47,056 nt of DNA from Chryseobacterium gleum. GTDB lineage: Bacteria; Bacteroidota; Bacteroidia; NS11-12g; UBA955. Under the pieces are notes generated by a model. That model saw only the letters and a list, made by a program, of their open reading frames with translations, was not told the origin of the DNA and searched no databases. The DNA lies in the NCBI GenBank assembly GCA_945870885.1, contig CAMBTR010000002.1:1-47056 (forward strand), read 5' to 3'. Position numbers and translations under genes: made by a program. Of the stretch, positions 7,984-17,479 are shown one piece after another; position 1 is the stretch's first letter, and each line of letters opens with the position of its first letter.

Positions 7984-8949
7984 ATGTCGACAGAAACAGT
8001 ATTGGTGATTGGGTCGTGCGGACAGTTGGGCACGGAATTGGTTGAAGCGTTACGCGGAATTTATGGCGATGCAAATGTGATTGCGAGTGATGTCAAAAAA
8101 TCCGACAATCCGGTATTTGAAGGTGGTCCGTTTGAAACGTTGGATGTTTTGGATGCTGCAGGTTTGAATGCGGTAATTCAGAAGTACAAACCCACGCATG
8201 TGTATCATTTGGCGGCTTTATTGAGTGCAACGGCCGAGAAAAATCCAGAATTCGGTTGGAAATTGAATATGGAGGGCTTGTTTCACGTGTTGAATGCGGC
8301 GAGGGATACGGGTATCATCAAAAGAGTTTATTGGCCGAGTAGTATCGCAGCTTTTGGACCAAATACAGAACGTTTTGGCACACCTCAATATGGAACAATG
8401 GATCCCACAACGATCTATGGAATTAGCAAATTAGCGGGTGAGCTATATGCACAATATTACTATAACCGTTGGGGCGTTGATACCCGCAGTTTGCGCTATC
8501 CCGGTTTGATTGGTTATAAGAGTGCGCCAGGCGGTGGAACTACGGATTATGCCGTTTCTATTTACCACGATGCTTTGCAGACCGGACATCACACATGTTT
8601 TTTGGGTGAGGGAACTGTTTTGCCGATGCTTTATATGCCCGATGCATTGAAAGCCACTTTGGATATCATGCATGCACCTGCGGAGAGCATTAAGATCCGT
8701 ACCAGCTATAACTTGGCAGGGATGAGTTTTGGTCCAGAGGAAATTGCGGCATCGATTGCCAAATTTGTTCCAGGTTTCACAATTTCCTATGAGCCCGATT
8801 CTCGTCAGGCAATTGCCAACAGTTGGCCAGCCGTGATTGATGATGGTCGTGCAACGGAAGATTGGGGTTGGAAGCCGGATTACGATTTGGATCGAATGAC
8901 AGAGGATATGCTCAAGAATTTGAGGCCTCAGTATTCGGTGAAGGGTTAA
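7984..8949 (+). CDS. NAD-dependent epimerase/dehydratase family protein, most like SDR-type L-threonine 3-dehydrogenase
   Basis: 321 aa with VIGSCGQLGTEL Rossmann motif, YGISK catalytic Tyr/Lys and PGGGTTDYAV. The pattern matches GalE-like threonine dehydrogenases as I remember them. Confidence 0.75.
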   Translation: MSTETVLVIGSCGQLGTELVEALRGIYGDANVIASDVKKSDNPVFEGGPFETLDVLDAAGLNAVIQKYKPTHVYHLAALLSATAEKNPEFGWKLNMEGLFHVLNAARDTGIIKRVYWPSSIAAFGPNTERFGTPQYGTMDPTTIYGISKLAGELYAQYYYNRWGVDTRSLRYPGLIGYKSAPGGGTTDYAVSIYHDALQTGHHTCFLGEGTVLPMLYMPDALKATLDIMHAPAESIKIRTSYNLAGMSFGPEEIAASIAKFVPGFTISYEPDSRQAIANSWPAVIDDGRATEDWGWKPDYDLDRMTEDMLKNLRPQYSVKG

Positions 8950-8970
8950 AAATTCCGCGAAATTTTCTAC

Positions 8971-10383
8971 TTATAACGATGCGTAGCCAATCGCTTTGCC
9001 AATCATGGCGGTAGTGGTGGAGCGTTCTATTAGCACTTGCACTAAATCACCGGGTTGGTAGGATTCGCATGGGAAAATGGTCACCGAATTTTGGTCGCTG
9101 CGTCCTTTCCAATCCAAATTACTTTTCTTGGAATGGCCTTCGATGAGCACGGTAACGACCTTGCCGATATACGATTCATTTTTCTGCCTCGACTTGCCGT
9201 TTTGAAGGGCAATGATTTCGGTTAATCTGCGCGATTTAACATCATCAGGAACATCATCAGCCAATTTCTTTGCTGCCGGAGTACCAGGTCTTTCACTGTA
9301 AATATACATGTAAGAGAACTCGAAGTTGGCCCATTCTATTAGGCTTAATGTATCTTTATGTTCTTCTTCTGTTTCGGTGCAAAATCCCGAAATGATGTCG
9401 CAACTGATGCCACAATCGGGGATGATGCTACGAATCATACGAATTTTATCCATGTACCATTCGCGCGAATAGTTTCTCGACATGATGTCTAAGATTCTGG
9501 TGTTTCCGCTTTGTGCGGGCAGGTGGATATAGTTGCAGAGGTTGTTGTATTTGGCCATCGTGTACACCACTTTTTCGTTGATGTCGCGCGGATGACTTGT
9601 GCTGTACCGAATTCTCATATGGGGTACGGCCAGGGCACACATTTCGAGCAAATCGGCGAAATCTACCGATGTATCTTGTTCTTCTTGGGTGAGTTTTTTG
9701 AATTCTTTTTTGGGTCCACCGCCAAACCAGAGGTAGGAATTGACGTTTTGGCCGAGGAGGGTTACTTCTTTGTAGCCATTTTTTGATAATTCAAGGATTT
9801 CTCTGACGATACTTTCGGGTTCGCGAGATCTTTCGCGGCCTCTTGTGAATGGCACTACGCAGAAAGTACACATATTGTCGCACCCTCTCATGATCGACAC
9901 AAAAGCGGTGATGCCGTTGGAATTTAAACGAACGGGGTTGAGGTCGCCATAGGTTTCTTCACGGCTCAACATCACGTTAATTGCACGTCCGCCATCATCT
10001 ACTTCGGCAACAAGTTTGGGTAAATCTCTATAGCTATCGGGACCGGCAACGATATCCACGAGTTTTTCTTCTTCCAACAATTTCTCTTTCAATCGTTCGG
10101 CCATGCAACCGAGGACACCGATGATAAGTTCTTTGTTATGTTTTTTGTTGCCGCGTAAATGTTTTAATCGCTCTCTGATACGTTGTTCTGCATTGTCGCG
10201 AATGGCGCAGGTATTGAGGAAAATGACATCGGCATTGAGTTCATCGTTGGTGGAAGTGAAGCCATGTTCACCCATAATAGAGGCGATTATTTCGCTATCG
10301 CTAAAGTTCATGGCACAGCCGTAACTTTCAATATATAGTGTTCTTGTAGCGGTTGCGGTGGGTGGAATAATGACTTCGGACAT
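8971..10383 (-). CDS. miaB: tRNA-2-methylthio-N6-dimethylallyladenosine synthase
   Basis: 470 aa. [11 protein letters not shown]-domain, radical-SAM CDNMCTFC cluster motif and a C-terminal TRAM-like domain. Confidence 0.95.
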   Translation of the reverse strand: MSEVIIPPTATATRTLYIESYGCAMNFSDSEIIASIMGEHGFTSTNDELNADVIFLNTCAIRDNAEQRIRERLKHLRGNKKHNKELIIGVLGCMAERLKEKLLEEEKLVDIVAGPDSYRDLPKLVAEVDDGGRAINVMLSREETYGDLNPVRLNSNGITAFVSIMRGCDNMCTFCVVPFTRGRERSREPESIVREILELSKNGYKEVTLLGQNVNSYLWFGGGPKKEFKKLTQEEQDTSVDFADLLEMCALAVPHMRIRYSTSHPRDINEKVVYTMAKYNNLCNYIHLPAQSGNTRILDIMSRNYSREWYMDKIRMIRSIIPDCGISCDIISGFCTETEEEHKDTLSLIEWANFEFSYMYIYSERPGTPAAKKLADDVPDDVKSRRLTEIIALQNGKSRQKNESYIGKVVTVLIEGHSKKSNLDWKGRSDQNSVTIFPCESYQPGDLVQVLIERSTTTAMIGKAIGYASL

Positions 10384-10393
10384 AATCGGTCTA

Positions 10394-10401
10394 CAAAAAT
10401 A
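10394..10401 (-). promoter_or_regulatory. Candidate -7 box TATTTTTG for miaB
   Basis: Exact TAnnTTTG on the minus strand, 10 nt upstream of ATG 10383, inside the 44-nt divergent gap. Confidence 0.35.
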
Positions 10402-10427
10402 CGGGCTTTTTTGTTTCTTTGCAGTGA

Positions 10428-12128
10428 ATGAGACATTTCAGTATCGTGGTGTTGCTTGTCCTGTTGGGCACATGCAATTTGGCATTGGGTCAGAGCAAGG
10501 ATTCGGATAAGGGTCAGTTTTCTGGCAATTTGTTGATGACGTATCAAAAATATGTCCGCGACGACAGCATCGGGGCGACTACAAAAGTTTACAAGGAGAA
10601 CACGGCCAGCGCGGATGCTTGGTTGTTTATGCAGTATCGAATCAAGGGATATTCTTTTATTTTACGATACGATGCGTTTAACAATTCGCCCTTGTTGGAC
10701 CCTCAGGATGCTTATACAAATCACGGGATAGGGTTTTGGCAGATTAACAAGAGCGTTGACAAGTTGGATATCACAATGGGGTCGTTTTACGATCAGTTTG
10801 GTACGGGAATTTTGTTTAGGGCATACGAGCAGAGGCAGATTGGTATTGATTATGCGATTCAGGGAATGCGTTTGAAGTATAATATCAACGACAAGTGGGC
10901 GATTAAGGGTTTTGCGGGCAATCAGAAGGGGAATATTAAAAATCGTTTTGGGTTTGCAAACCAGGTGATAAGCGGTTTGAATATTGAGGGGAATTTGGAT
11001 TTGGGAAAGGACAGTAAATATGGTGTCTTGCAGGTGGGTGCATCGGGGGTGAATAGGACTTTGGATCGTGAGACGATGGATCGATTGGTGGGGACGATTA
11101 ATACGTATGATTTGGCGGATCGATTTTATCCCAAGTACAATGTTTATGGCGGGAATGCTTATTTTACTTACACGAAGGACAATTTCAGTTGGACGGTTGA
11201 GGGGAATGTGAAATCAAAGGAGGCGATTATGGATGATAATACTAAGTTTTATCTAAGGAGCGGTAAGGTTTTATATACATCAATGAGTTGGGGTAAAGGC
11301 GGATGGAATTTGGGCAAGCAAAAGGCTTCGATTGGTTTGAATGTTCAGGCCAGGCACGTAGATAATTTTTCATTTAGGACGGCACCCACGGAGAATTTGT
11401 TGAATGGATTGGTGAGTTACTTGCCATCGATGACACGTCAGAATACGTATAGATTGCTGAGCAGATACAATGCCCCGGGGCAGGCCATGGGAGAGGATGG
11501 AATTCAGGGGGAGATTGAGTTTAAGCCACGCAAGGGGACACAAATTTTCTTCAACGGAAGTTATGTTCAAACGTTGGCTAGCAATGGAAAATTGAATATG
11601 GCAACGGGCGTAATGGAAGCGGAGAAGTTGTTTAGTGAGAATTATATAGAGGTGGTGCAGAAGATTGGCAAGCACGACAAATTGAAGTTGGGGGTTCAGC
11701 GGATTGTGTACAATCAGACGAGGTATGAGAGCGAGCCGGAGTATGTTCCTGTGAAAACATTTACACCTTTTGGGGAGTGGTTACATACGATGAATCAGGG
11801 TAAGAGTTTGCGGGTTGAGTGGCAGTATTTGAATACGAAGAACGATCAGGGTTCGTTTGCCAATTTAATGATTGAGATGTTCGTAAATAAGAATTTGAGT
11901 ATTGCGGTGGCGGACATGGTGAATTTGGTGCCGCATCGATATGAGCGGATGATTATTGCTGATAAGGTTTTGCACTATCCCACGTTCTTTATTGGTTACA
12001 CGGAGAAGAACACGGTATTTACATTGGCGTTTTTGAAGCAGCAGCAGGGGGTGAATTGTTCGGGGGGTATTTGTAGGGAGGAGCCTGCGTTTAGTGGGGT
12101 AAGATTTACAGTAAGTAGTAATTTTTAA
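10428..12128 (+). CDS. Putative outer-membrane beta-barrel protein, uncharacterised
   Basis: 566 aa with signal peptide ([16 protein letters not shown]). Alternating hydrophobic, Tyr/Gly-rich strands run throughout, and the protein ends in an aromatic residue (...VSSNF). Confidence 0.55.
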   Translation: MRHFSIVVLLVLLGTCNLALGQSKDSDKGQFSGNLLMTYQKYVRDDSIGATTKVYKENTASADAWLFMQYRIKGYSFILRYDAFNNSPLLDPQDAYTNHGIGFWQINKSVDKLDITMGSFYDQFGTGILFRAYEQRQIGIDYAIQGMRLKYNINDKWAIKGFAGNQKGNIKNRFGFANQVISGLNIEGNLDLGKDSKYGVLQVGASGVNRTLDRETMDRLVGTINTYDLADRFYPKYNVYGGNAYFTYTKDNFSWTVEGNVKSKEAIMDDNTKFYLRSGKVLYTSMSWGKGGWNLGKQKASIGLNVQARHVDNFSFRTAPTENLLNGLVSYLPSMTRQNTYRLLSRYNAPGQAMGEDGIQGEIEFKPRKGTQIFFNGSYVQTLASNGKLNMATGVMEAEKLFSENYIEVVQKIGKHDKLKLGVQRIVYNQTRYESEPEYVPVKTFTPFGEWLHTMNQGKSLRVEWQYLNTKNDQGSFANLMIEMFVNKNLSIAVADMVNLVPHRYERMIIADKVLHYPTFFIGYTEKNTVFTLAFLKQQQGVNCSGGICREEPAFSGVRFTVSSNF

Positions 12129-12132
12129 TGGG

Positions 12133-12858
12133 TTACAGGGCCAGATAGAAGTCTTTTAGGAGTTCTGTGGCTTGTGGGGTTAATTGTCCGTCAGCGCTGT
12201 AGTGGGTGTATTGAATTGTGTGTGTCGGAGTATCGGTGCTGAAATGGTGTGGTGAATTTTTGATGGCGTAAACGGCGATCAGGTGTGGGGGTTTTGTGGG
12301 GGTTGCTTGGATGGTGGTGATGGTTTGCGGGGAGAACTGATGTTGTTGCAGGGCTGCAAGGATTTGATTTTGGGAGGAGGCTGGAAGTAGTAGCAGGAGT
12401 TCTCCATGGGTTTTGAGTAAGCGAGCGCAGCGAGCGGTTAAGGATAGCAGGGTAAACGATTGCGCATGTCGAGCTAACCTCCGTGTTTCATCGGATGAAG
12501 GCAGATGATTTTCGAAAAACGGGGGATTACAGATGATACCGTTGATGGGTGTGTCGGGTTCAAAATCCAGAATATTATCGTGTAAAAACGAAACGCGATC
12601 AGCAAAGGGGCTATTGATTCCATTTTCGCGGGCTTGTTCCACGGATGGTAGGTGAATGTCGATGCCTTGAACGCGGGCCGACGGAAATTTCTGGGCCATC
12701 ATGAGCGATAAAACACCGGTTCCGCTGCCAATATCTAAAATTTGCGTTGCATTTTGAAAATCAGCCAAAGCACCAAAAACACAGGCATCGGAGGTCACGG
12801 GTAGGGCCACCTCGCTTTGGACGACCGTAAATTGTTTCATTGCAAAGGGTTTTCGCAT
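12133..12858 (-). CDS. SAM-dependent methyltransferase, tRNA(adenine37-N6)-methyltransferase (TrmN6/YfiC)-like
   Basis: N-terminal FAMKQFTV.Q, SAM motif I DIGSGTGVL, and the NPPF motif (IICNPPFF) of N6-adenine methyltransferases. Confidence 0.75.
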   Translation of the reverse strand: MRKPFAMKQFTVVQSEVALPVTSDACVFGALADFQNATQILDIGSGTGVLSLMMAQKFPSARVQGIDIHLPSVEQARENGINSPFADRVSFLHDNILDFEPDTPINGIICNPPFFENHLPSSDETRRLARHAQSFTLLSLTARCARLLKTHGELLLLLPASSQNQILAALQQHQFSPQTITTIQATPTKPPHLIAVYAIKNSPHHFSTDTPTHTIQYTHYSADGQLTPQATELLKDFYLAL

Positions 12859-12874
12859 GAATGGATTGGATTTG

Positions 12875-13588
12875 TTATGCGGTTTCGGGGAAAATAATCT
12901 GTAGGTTGATGTCTGATGGTTTTCTATAATGCAGAAATTCAGTTTGAGTAAGAGCCATCAATTGATCGCAATATTGGAGCGATAGATGCAAGTCGTGGCT
13001 GCTATAAATGATGCACTTATTTTCAGTTTTGGCAAGTTGATGCAATAGTTTCAGAAATGTGGTTCTGGAGGGGTAATCTAAAAAAGCCAAGGGCTCATCG
13101 AGCAGAATAATTTGACTGTCTTGGGCCAAGCATCGGGCGAGCATAACTTTTTGTTTGATGCCATCGCTCAATTCGGCAAAATTCTTTTGCTGTATGTCGG
13201 TTACCCCCGTTTTTTCTATCGCTTTAAGGACTTCGGAAACATCTTTTTGGGTTGGATTGCTCCAGCCTTGCAAAAAGCGCTGACGTCCGCTCATCACCAT
13301 ATCGTAAACGCTTAAATGCTCGATTTGGGGCGGTGTGGCAAGCAGAATGCTACTGAGGGAAGCTCTTTTTTCAGGTGATGTCTGATGAATGTTGATTTGG
13401 TTGATAAGGACCTCACCATTAATTGGCGGTATCAGGCCACAAATCGTTTTCAGGAACACTGATTTCCCCACCCCGTTGGGTCCGACAAGTAGAATTAAAC
13501 CAGGACCGAGTCCATCAACTGTTATGTTGTGGTGCAGGGTGATTCCTTGTTTTTGGATACCGGTGGAAAGGTTCTTCAGTTGAAGCAT
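12875..13588 (-). CDS. ABC transporter ATP-binding protein (stand-alone, no permease gene nearby)
   Basis: Walker A GPNGVGKS, signature variant LSDGIKQ, Walker B IILLDEP, H-loop SSHD. Start set to ATG 13588 (MLQLKNL); the track ORF begins at an upstream TTG. Confidence 0.85.
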   Translation of the reverse strand: MLQLKNLSTGIQKQGITLHHNITVDGLGPGLILLVGPNGVGKSVFLKTICGLIPPINGEVLINQINIHQTSPEKRASLSSILLATPPQIEHLSVYDMVMSGRQRFLQGWSNPTQKDVSEVLKAIEKTGVTDIQQKNFAELSDGIKQKVMLARCLAQDSQIILLDEPLAFLDYPSRTTFLKLLHQLAKTENKCIIYSSHDLHLSLQYCDQLMALTQTEFLHYRKPSDINLQIIFPETA

Positions 13589-13621
13589 GAGATATTGCTG
13601 CAAAAATGCGAATTTCGAAGG

Positions 13622-14113
13622 GTGAATTTACTGTTATCTCCTATTGGACCGGATAAAATTTCTTTGATTCAGCAAATGGCTCGCAGAATTTGGGACGTGC
13701 ATTACACCCCGATCATTGGTCAGACCCAAGTAGATTATATGTTGGGTAGGTTTTACACCACCGAACACATCACTGGTCAATTGGCTGAAGGGCAGCAATT
13801 TTATTTTGTGTTGCTAAAAGGCGTTGAGGTGGGTTATACCGCGATTTCAGAAATCAGCGAGGGAAATTTTTTCATTCATAAATTGTATTTGGAGATCGAT
13901 AAACAGCGCAAGGGCATGGGTTCTGAGGTGTTTCGTCAGCTTTTGGCGTTGATGTCGAACTTGGAGGCGGTGCGTTTGCAAGTGAATCGACAGAACATGA
14001 AGGCGATCAATTTTTACTTTAAAATGGGGTTTGTGATTGAGCAGGTGGCTGATTTCGACATTGGTGATGGATATTTTATGAATGATTTTGTGATGGTTTA
14101 TCGTCCCAAATAA
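13622..14113 (+). CDS. GNAT-family N-acetyltransferase
   Basis: Acetyl-CoA motif A (IDKQRKGMGSEVFRQLL) and a GNAT beta-sheet pattern. The start is uncertain: GTG 13622 is the first in-frame start clear of the divergent ABC gene, and ATG 13676 is the alternative. Confidence 0.65.
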   Translation: MNLLLSPIGPDKISLIQQMARRIWDVHYTPIIGQTQVDYMLGRFYTTEHITGQLAEGQQFYFVLLKGVEVGYTAISEISEGNFFIHKLYLEIDKQRKGMGSEVFRQLLALMSNLEAVRLQVNRQNMKAINFYFKMGFVIEQVADFDIGDGYFMNDFVMVYRPK

Positions 14114-14154
14114 TTGTGTGAATTATTGAATCTCATTAGGGCGATTGGCCTTGT

Positions 14155-16152
14155 ATGGCCTACCTTTGCGGGGTGTTAGCACTGAATGACTTTTCTTTTG
14201 AATTTGCTGGTAGATACCTGTTTAAAAATGCATCTTGGCATATCAAACCCAATGAAAAAATCGGGTTGGTTGGCTTGAATGGTACAGGGAAATCCACCTT
14301 ATTGCGTTTGATATCGAGCGATTTTGAATTGCGGGAGGGTACGCTTTCTAGGCCTTCAGATTTGCGAATTGGATTCTTAAATCAGGATTTGTTGAGTATG
14401 GACGTGGGCGATTGTGTTCGCGATGTGGTTTTGAGCGGCAGGGAAGATTTGGTGCAGTTGGAGGTTGAGATCAATCGACTGATTGAAAAAATCGAAGTAG
14501 AATATGACGATGTCACGATGCAGCGTTTGGCTGATGCACAGGAGCGATTCGGTGCGTTGGGTGGATATGAATGGCATGCCGAGGGTGATAAGATTTTGGA
14601 GGGTTTGGGCTTTCCTACGAGTAGTTTAGGCAGACCGCTGAGAGAATTTTCAGGGGGATGGCGCATGCGTGCCATGTTGGGTAAATTGTTGTTACAAGCC
14701 CCAGATTTATTGCTTTTGGATGAACCGACGAACCACTTGGATTTGCCTACCATTCAGTGGTTAGAAGAATATTTGGCGAACTATGAGGGTACCTATGTAA
14801 TCGTATCGCACGACCCTTATTTTTTGGATAGAACAGTGAATCGCATCGCGGAAGTGGCGCATCAGCAGGTTTTCCATTACAAGGGGAACTACAATGAGTT
14901 TTTGGAGCAGAAGGAGGAAAGAGATGCTTTGATGATGCGGAAATACGAGAATCAGCAGGATTATATCCGTCAGCAGATGAAGTTTATTTCTCGTTTCCGT
15001 GCCAAGGCGAGTAAGGCAACTGCCGTACAGAGTCGGGTGAAGATGTTGGATAAAATCGAGAAGATTGAAGTGAGGCAGGATGAGAGAAAGGATTTCGATA
15101 TTCGATTTAATATCAGAGTGACACCGGGAAAGGTGATTGCCGATTTGAAGGATGTCACCAAGTCTTATGATGAGTTGGAGATTTTAAAACCCTCCCAAGC
15201 ACAGATATTGCGGGGCGATAAAATTGCGTTGGTTGGAGCAAATGGAAAGGGTAAGTCAACGGTTTTGCGCATGGTTCATGGTTCGGAGCCGAGTGGCGGA
15301 TTGATTGAGCAGGGATGGAATGTGGAATCGGCATTTTTTGCCCAGCACCAGTTGGAGGCGTTGAACCTTAAAAATGATTTGTTGAGTGAGTTGAGTACGG
15401 TGAGTGCTGAATATACCGACTGGGAATTGCGGACCGTTTTGGGTTGCTTTTTATTCACTGGGGATGAGGTATTTAAGAAGGTGAAGGTTTTGAGTGGGGG
15501 TGAAAAGTCGAGGTTGGCCTTGGCAAAGACATTGATCACGCAGTCGAATTTCTTGTTGTTGGATGAGCCTACGAATCACCTAGATATGTTTAGTACAGCG
15601 GTGTTGGCGGAATCGTTGATTGATTATGCGGGCAGTTGTTTATTTGTGAGTCACGATCGTACTTTCATTAGTAAGGTGGCCAATAAAATCTGGTGGATTG
15701 AGGATGGTGTTTTGAGGGAATATCCAGGAACGTATGAGGAATACAAGGAATGGAATTCGGTGCGAGTGGCGGAGGATTTGCGTTTGGCGAAATTGGATGA
15801 TGGCAAGAAAAAGGGTGGGAATCAGTCGAATTCATCACAAACTAAGGGTGCTGCACCGGCGGGGATGATCAATCCTGCGGCAATTGCATCGGACAAAGGA
15901 AACAAATCGTACAGTAAAAACGAAATCAAAAAGGTGGAGGATGCGATGAATGCCAAGGAGCTTGAGATGAATGCGTTGGGTGTGAAGCGTTCGGCTTTCG
16001 AGAATCAATTGCATGACCCTTCTGTTGCTAGTGATTTTGAGAAAGTGTCGGGCATTACCAAGGATTATGATTTGATCAATGCTGATTATTTGGTCGTAAA
16101 GGCTGCTTACGAATCTTTGTTTGAGGAGTGGATGTTGATGCAAGAATCTTGA
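14155..16152 (+). CDS. ABC-F family ATPase (translation-factor type, no membrane domain)
   Basis: Two cassettes: GLNGTGKS / LSGGWRMR / LLLDEPTNHLD and GANGKGKS / LSGGEKSR / LLLDEPTNHLD. Also has an inter-domain linker, a low-complexity region and a coiled-coil tail. Confidence 0.9.
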   Translation: MAYLCGVLALNDFSFEFAGRYLFKNASWHIKPNEKIGLVGLNGTGKSTLLRLISSDFELREGTLSRPSDLRIGFLNQDLLSMDVGDCVRDVVLSGREDLVQLEVEINRLIEKIEVEYDDVTMQRLADAQERFGALGGYEWHAEGDKILEGLGFPTSSLGRPLREFSGGWRMRAMLGKLLLQAPDLLLLDEPTNHLDLPTIQWLEEYLANYEGTYVIVSHDPYFLDRTVNRIAEVAHQQVFHYKGNYNEFLEQKEERDALMMRKYENQQDYIRQQMKFISRFRAKASKATAVQSRVKMLDKIEKIEVRQDERKDFDIRFNIRVTPGKVIADLKDVTKSYDELEILKPSQAQILRGDKIALVGANGKGKSTVLRMVHGSEPSGGLIEQGWNVESAFFAQHQLEALNLKNDLLSELSTVSAEYTDWELRTVLGCFLFTGDEVFKKVKVLSGGEKSRLALAKTLITQSNFLLLDEPTNHLDMFSTAVLAESLIDYAGSCLFVSHDRTFISKVANKIWWIEDGVLREYPGTYEEYKEWNSVRVAEDLRLAKLDDGKKKGGNQSNSSQTKGAAPAGMINPAAIASDKGNKSYSKNEIKKVEDAMNAKELEMNALGVKRSAFENQLHDPSVASDFEKVSGITKDYDLINADYLVVKAAYESLFEEWMLMQES

Positions 16153-16170
16153 TATTGGCCCCGAATTTGT

Positions 16171-16178
16171 TAAGTTTG
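16171..16178 (+). promoter_or_regulatory. Candidate -7 box TAAGTTTG for the 16184 gene
   Basis: Exact TAnnTTTG, 5 nt upstream of ATG 16184. A TTG sits 19 nt further upstream (16149-16151). Confidence 0.4.
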
Positions 16179-16183
16179 TTCTG

Positions 16184-17476
16184 ATGAGAAAATTAATTGT
16201 CCTTTCTGTTGCTTTGATGCTTTCTGGTTTTACCCACTTGGAGGCAACAACTGATAGCACTTTGCGGATGAGCAATGTGATTTATGAGGGCGATGTAAGG
16301 GCGGTTCGTTTGTATCAACAAAACAGTGGATTTTCCTTTCCGATACTCACTTTGGGTGGTGGCGAGTCGTTGGTTTTGGAGTTTGATCAAATCAAAAGTG
16401 AGCGAGATTTTTATCAATATACTTTGGTTCATTGCGATGCGCAGTGGAACCCTACTTCGTTGTCGAGAACTCAATTTTTGGATGGTATGGGTTATGAAAA
16501 CATCGAAAATGCGAACTTTAGCAATGGGACGTTAACTCAATACACGCATTATTCAGTGTCGGTTCCGGGTGAGCAAACAAAGCCGAAAATAGGCGGGAAT
16601 TTTATTTTGTTGGTCTATCGCAATTTCGACGAAAAGGACATTGTTTTATCGCGAAGATTGATGGTTTTGAACAGCCAGGGCGCGGTAAACATGCAAATTA
16701 AGCAGAGCGGTCAGGTTGAGTTGAGGAGTACGCATCAGCAGATCAATTTTAGTTTCACGAAGAACGCCAACTATTTTATGCCCAATGCGATGCAGGATGT
16801 GAAGACGGTGGTTTTGCGGAATGGCGAATGGGATTATTCCATTGATGACTTGAAGCCGATGTTTATTGTGGGCAATGAAATGCAGTACAATCAAACTTTG
16901 GGAAATCAAATGGATGGGTTGAACCAATATCGCTTTTTTGATATTCGTAGTTTTAGGAGTTCTACGGCGGGTGTCCGTCAGCGATTGAATATAGCGAATC
17001 AGAAGCATGTGATTTTGGTGAACGACAAAACGCGAAGGTTTGAGCGATATTTCAATTGGGCAGATTTCAATGGACGGGTTTTGTATGATAACAAGGACTT
17101 GCCGATGCCAGCGGGAACTGCGTTTGAAAGCGATTATTGTTTTGTACACTTTTCTGTGTCTGCGGATGCAGAGTTGCCGGATCCAGTTTATGTCTACGGC
17201 GAGTGCAGTGATTGGAGGGTATTGGAATCACACAGGATGTTCTATAATCCCGACAATAGAAGTTATGAGGGTATAATTCCATTGAAGCAGGGATATTACA
17301 ATTATGTGTATGGGGTTTTGAATTCGGAGACAAACCGATTGGATTTCCGTGAATTTGAGGGTCAGCACAGCGAGACGGAGAACAATTATATGGTGTTGAT
17401 TTACCATAAAAACCCGGCCATGGGATTCGATGAATTGATTGGTTATGGATTAAAAAATTCCACTTCTTTGAAGTAA
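16184..17476 (+). CDS. Secreted protein resembling the DUF5103 / T9SS plug-protein family
   Basis: 430 aa with a signal peptide. VRLYQ...FPILTLGGGESLVLEFDQI...YQYTLVHCDAQWNPTSL...GGNFILLVY matches my memory of that family. Not verifiable here. Confidence 0.55.
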   Translation: MRKLIVLSVALMLSGFTHLEATTDSTLRMSNVIYEGDVRAVRLYQQNSGFSFPILTLGGGESLVLEFDQIKSERDFYQYTLVHCDAQWNPTSLSRTQFLDGMGYENIENANFSNGTLTQYTHYSVSVPGEQTKPKIGGNFILLVYRNFDEKDIVLSRRLMVLNSQGAVNMQIKQSGQVELRSTHQQINFSFTKNANYFMPNAMQDVKTVVLRNGEWDYSIDDLKPMFIVGNEMQYNQTLGNQMDGLNQYRFFDIRSFRSSTAGVRQRLNIANQKHVILVNDKTRRFERYFNWADFNGRVLYDNKDLPMPAGTAFESDYCFVHFSVSADAELPDPVYVYGECSDWRVLESHRMFYNPDNRSYEGIIPLKQGYYNYVYGVLNSETNRLDFREFEGQHSETENNYMVLIYHKNPAMGFDELIGYGLKNSTSLK

Positions 17477-17479
17477 GAA

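Noticed and set aside
7869-8033. N-terminal extensions of track ORFs (6852-8033, 38568-40415, 17480-19210, 29713-30717, 12875-13603)
   Set aside because: The extensions begin at non-ATG codons or overlap neighbouring genes or promoters. Internal ATGs give canonical N-termini (Rossmann motif, signal peptide) and, for 40262, a clean ATGA coupling.
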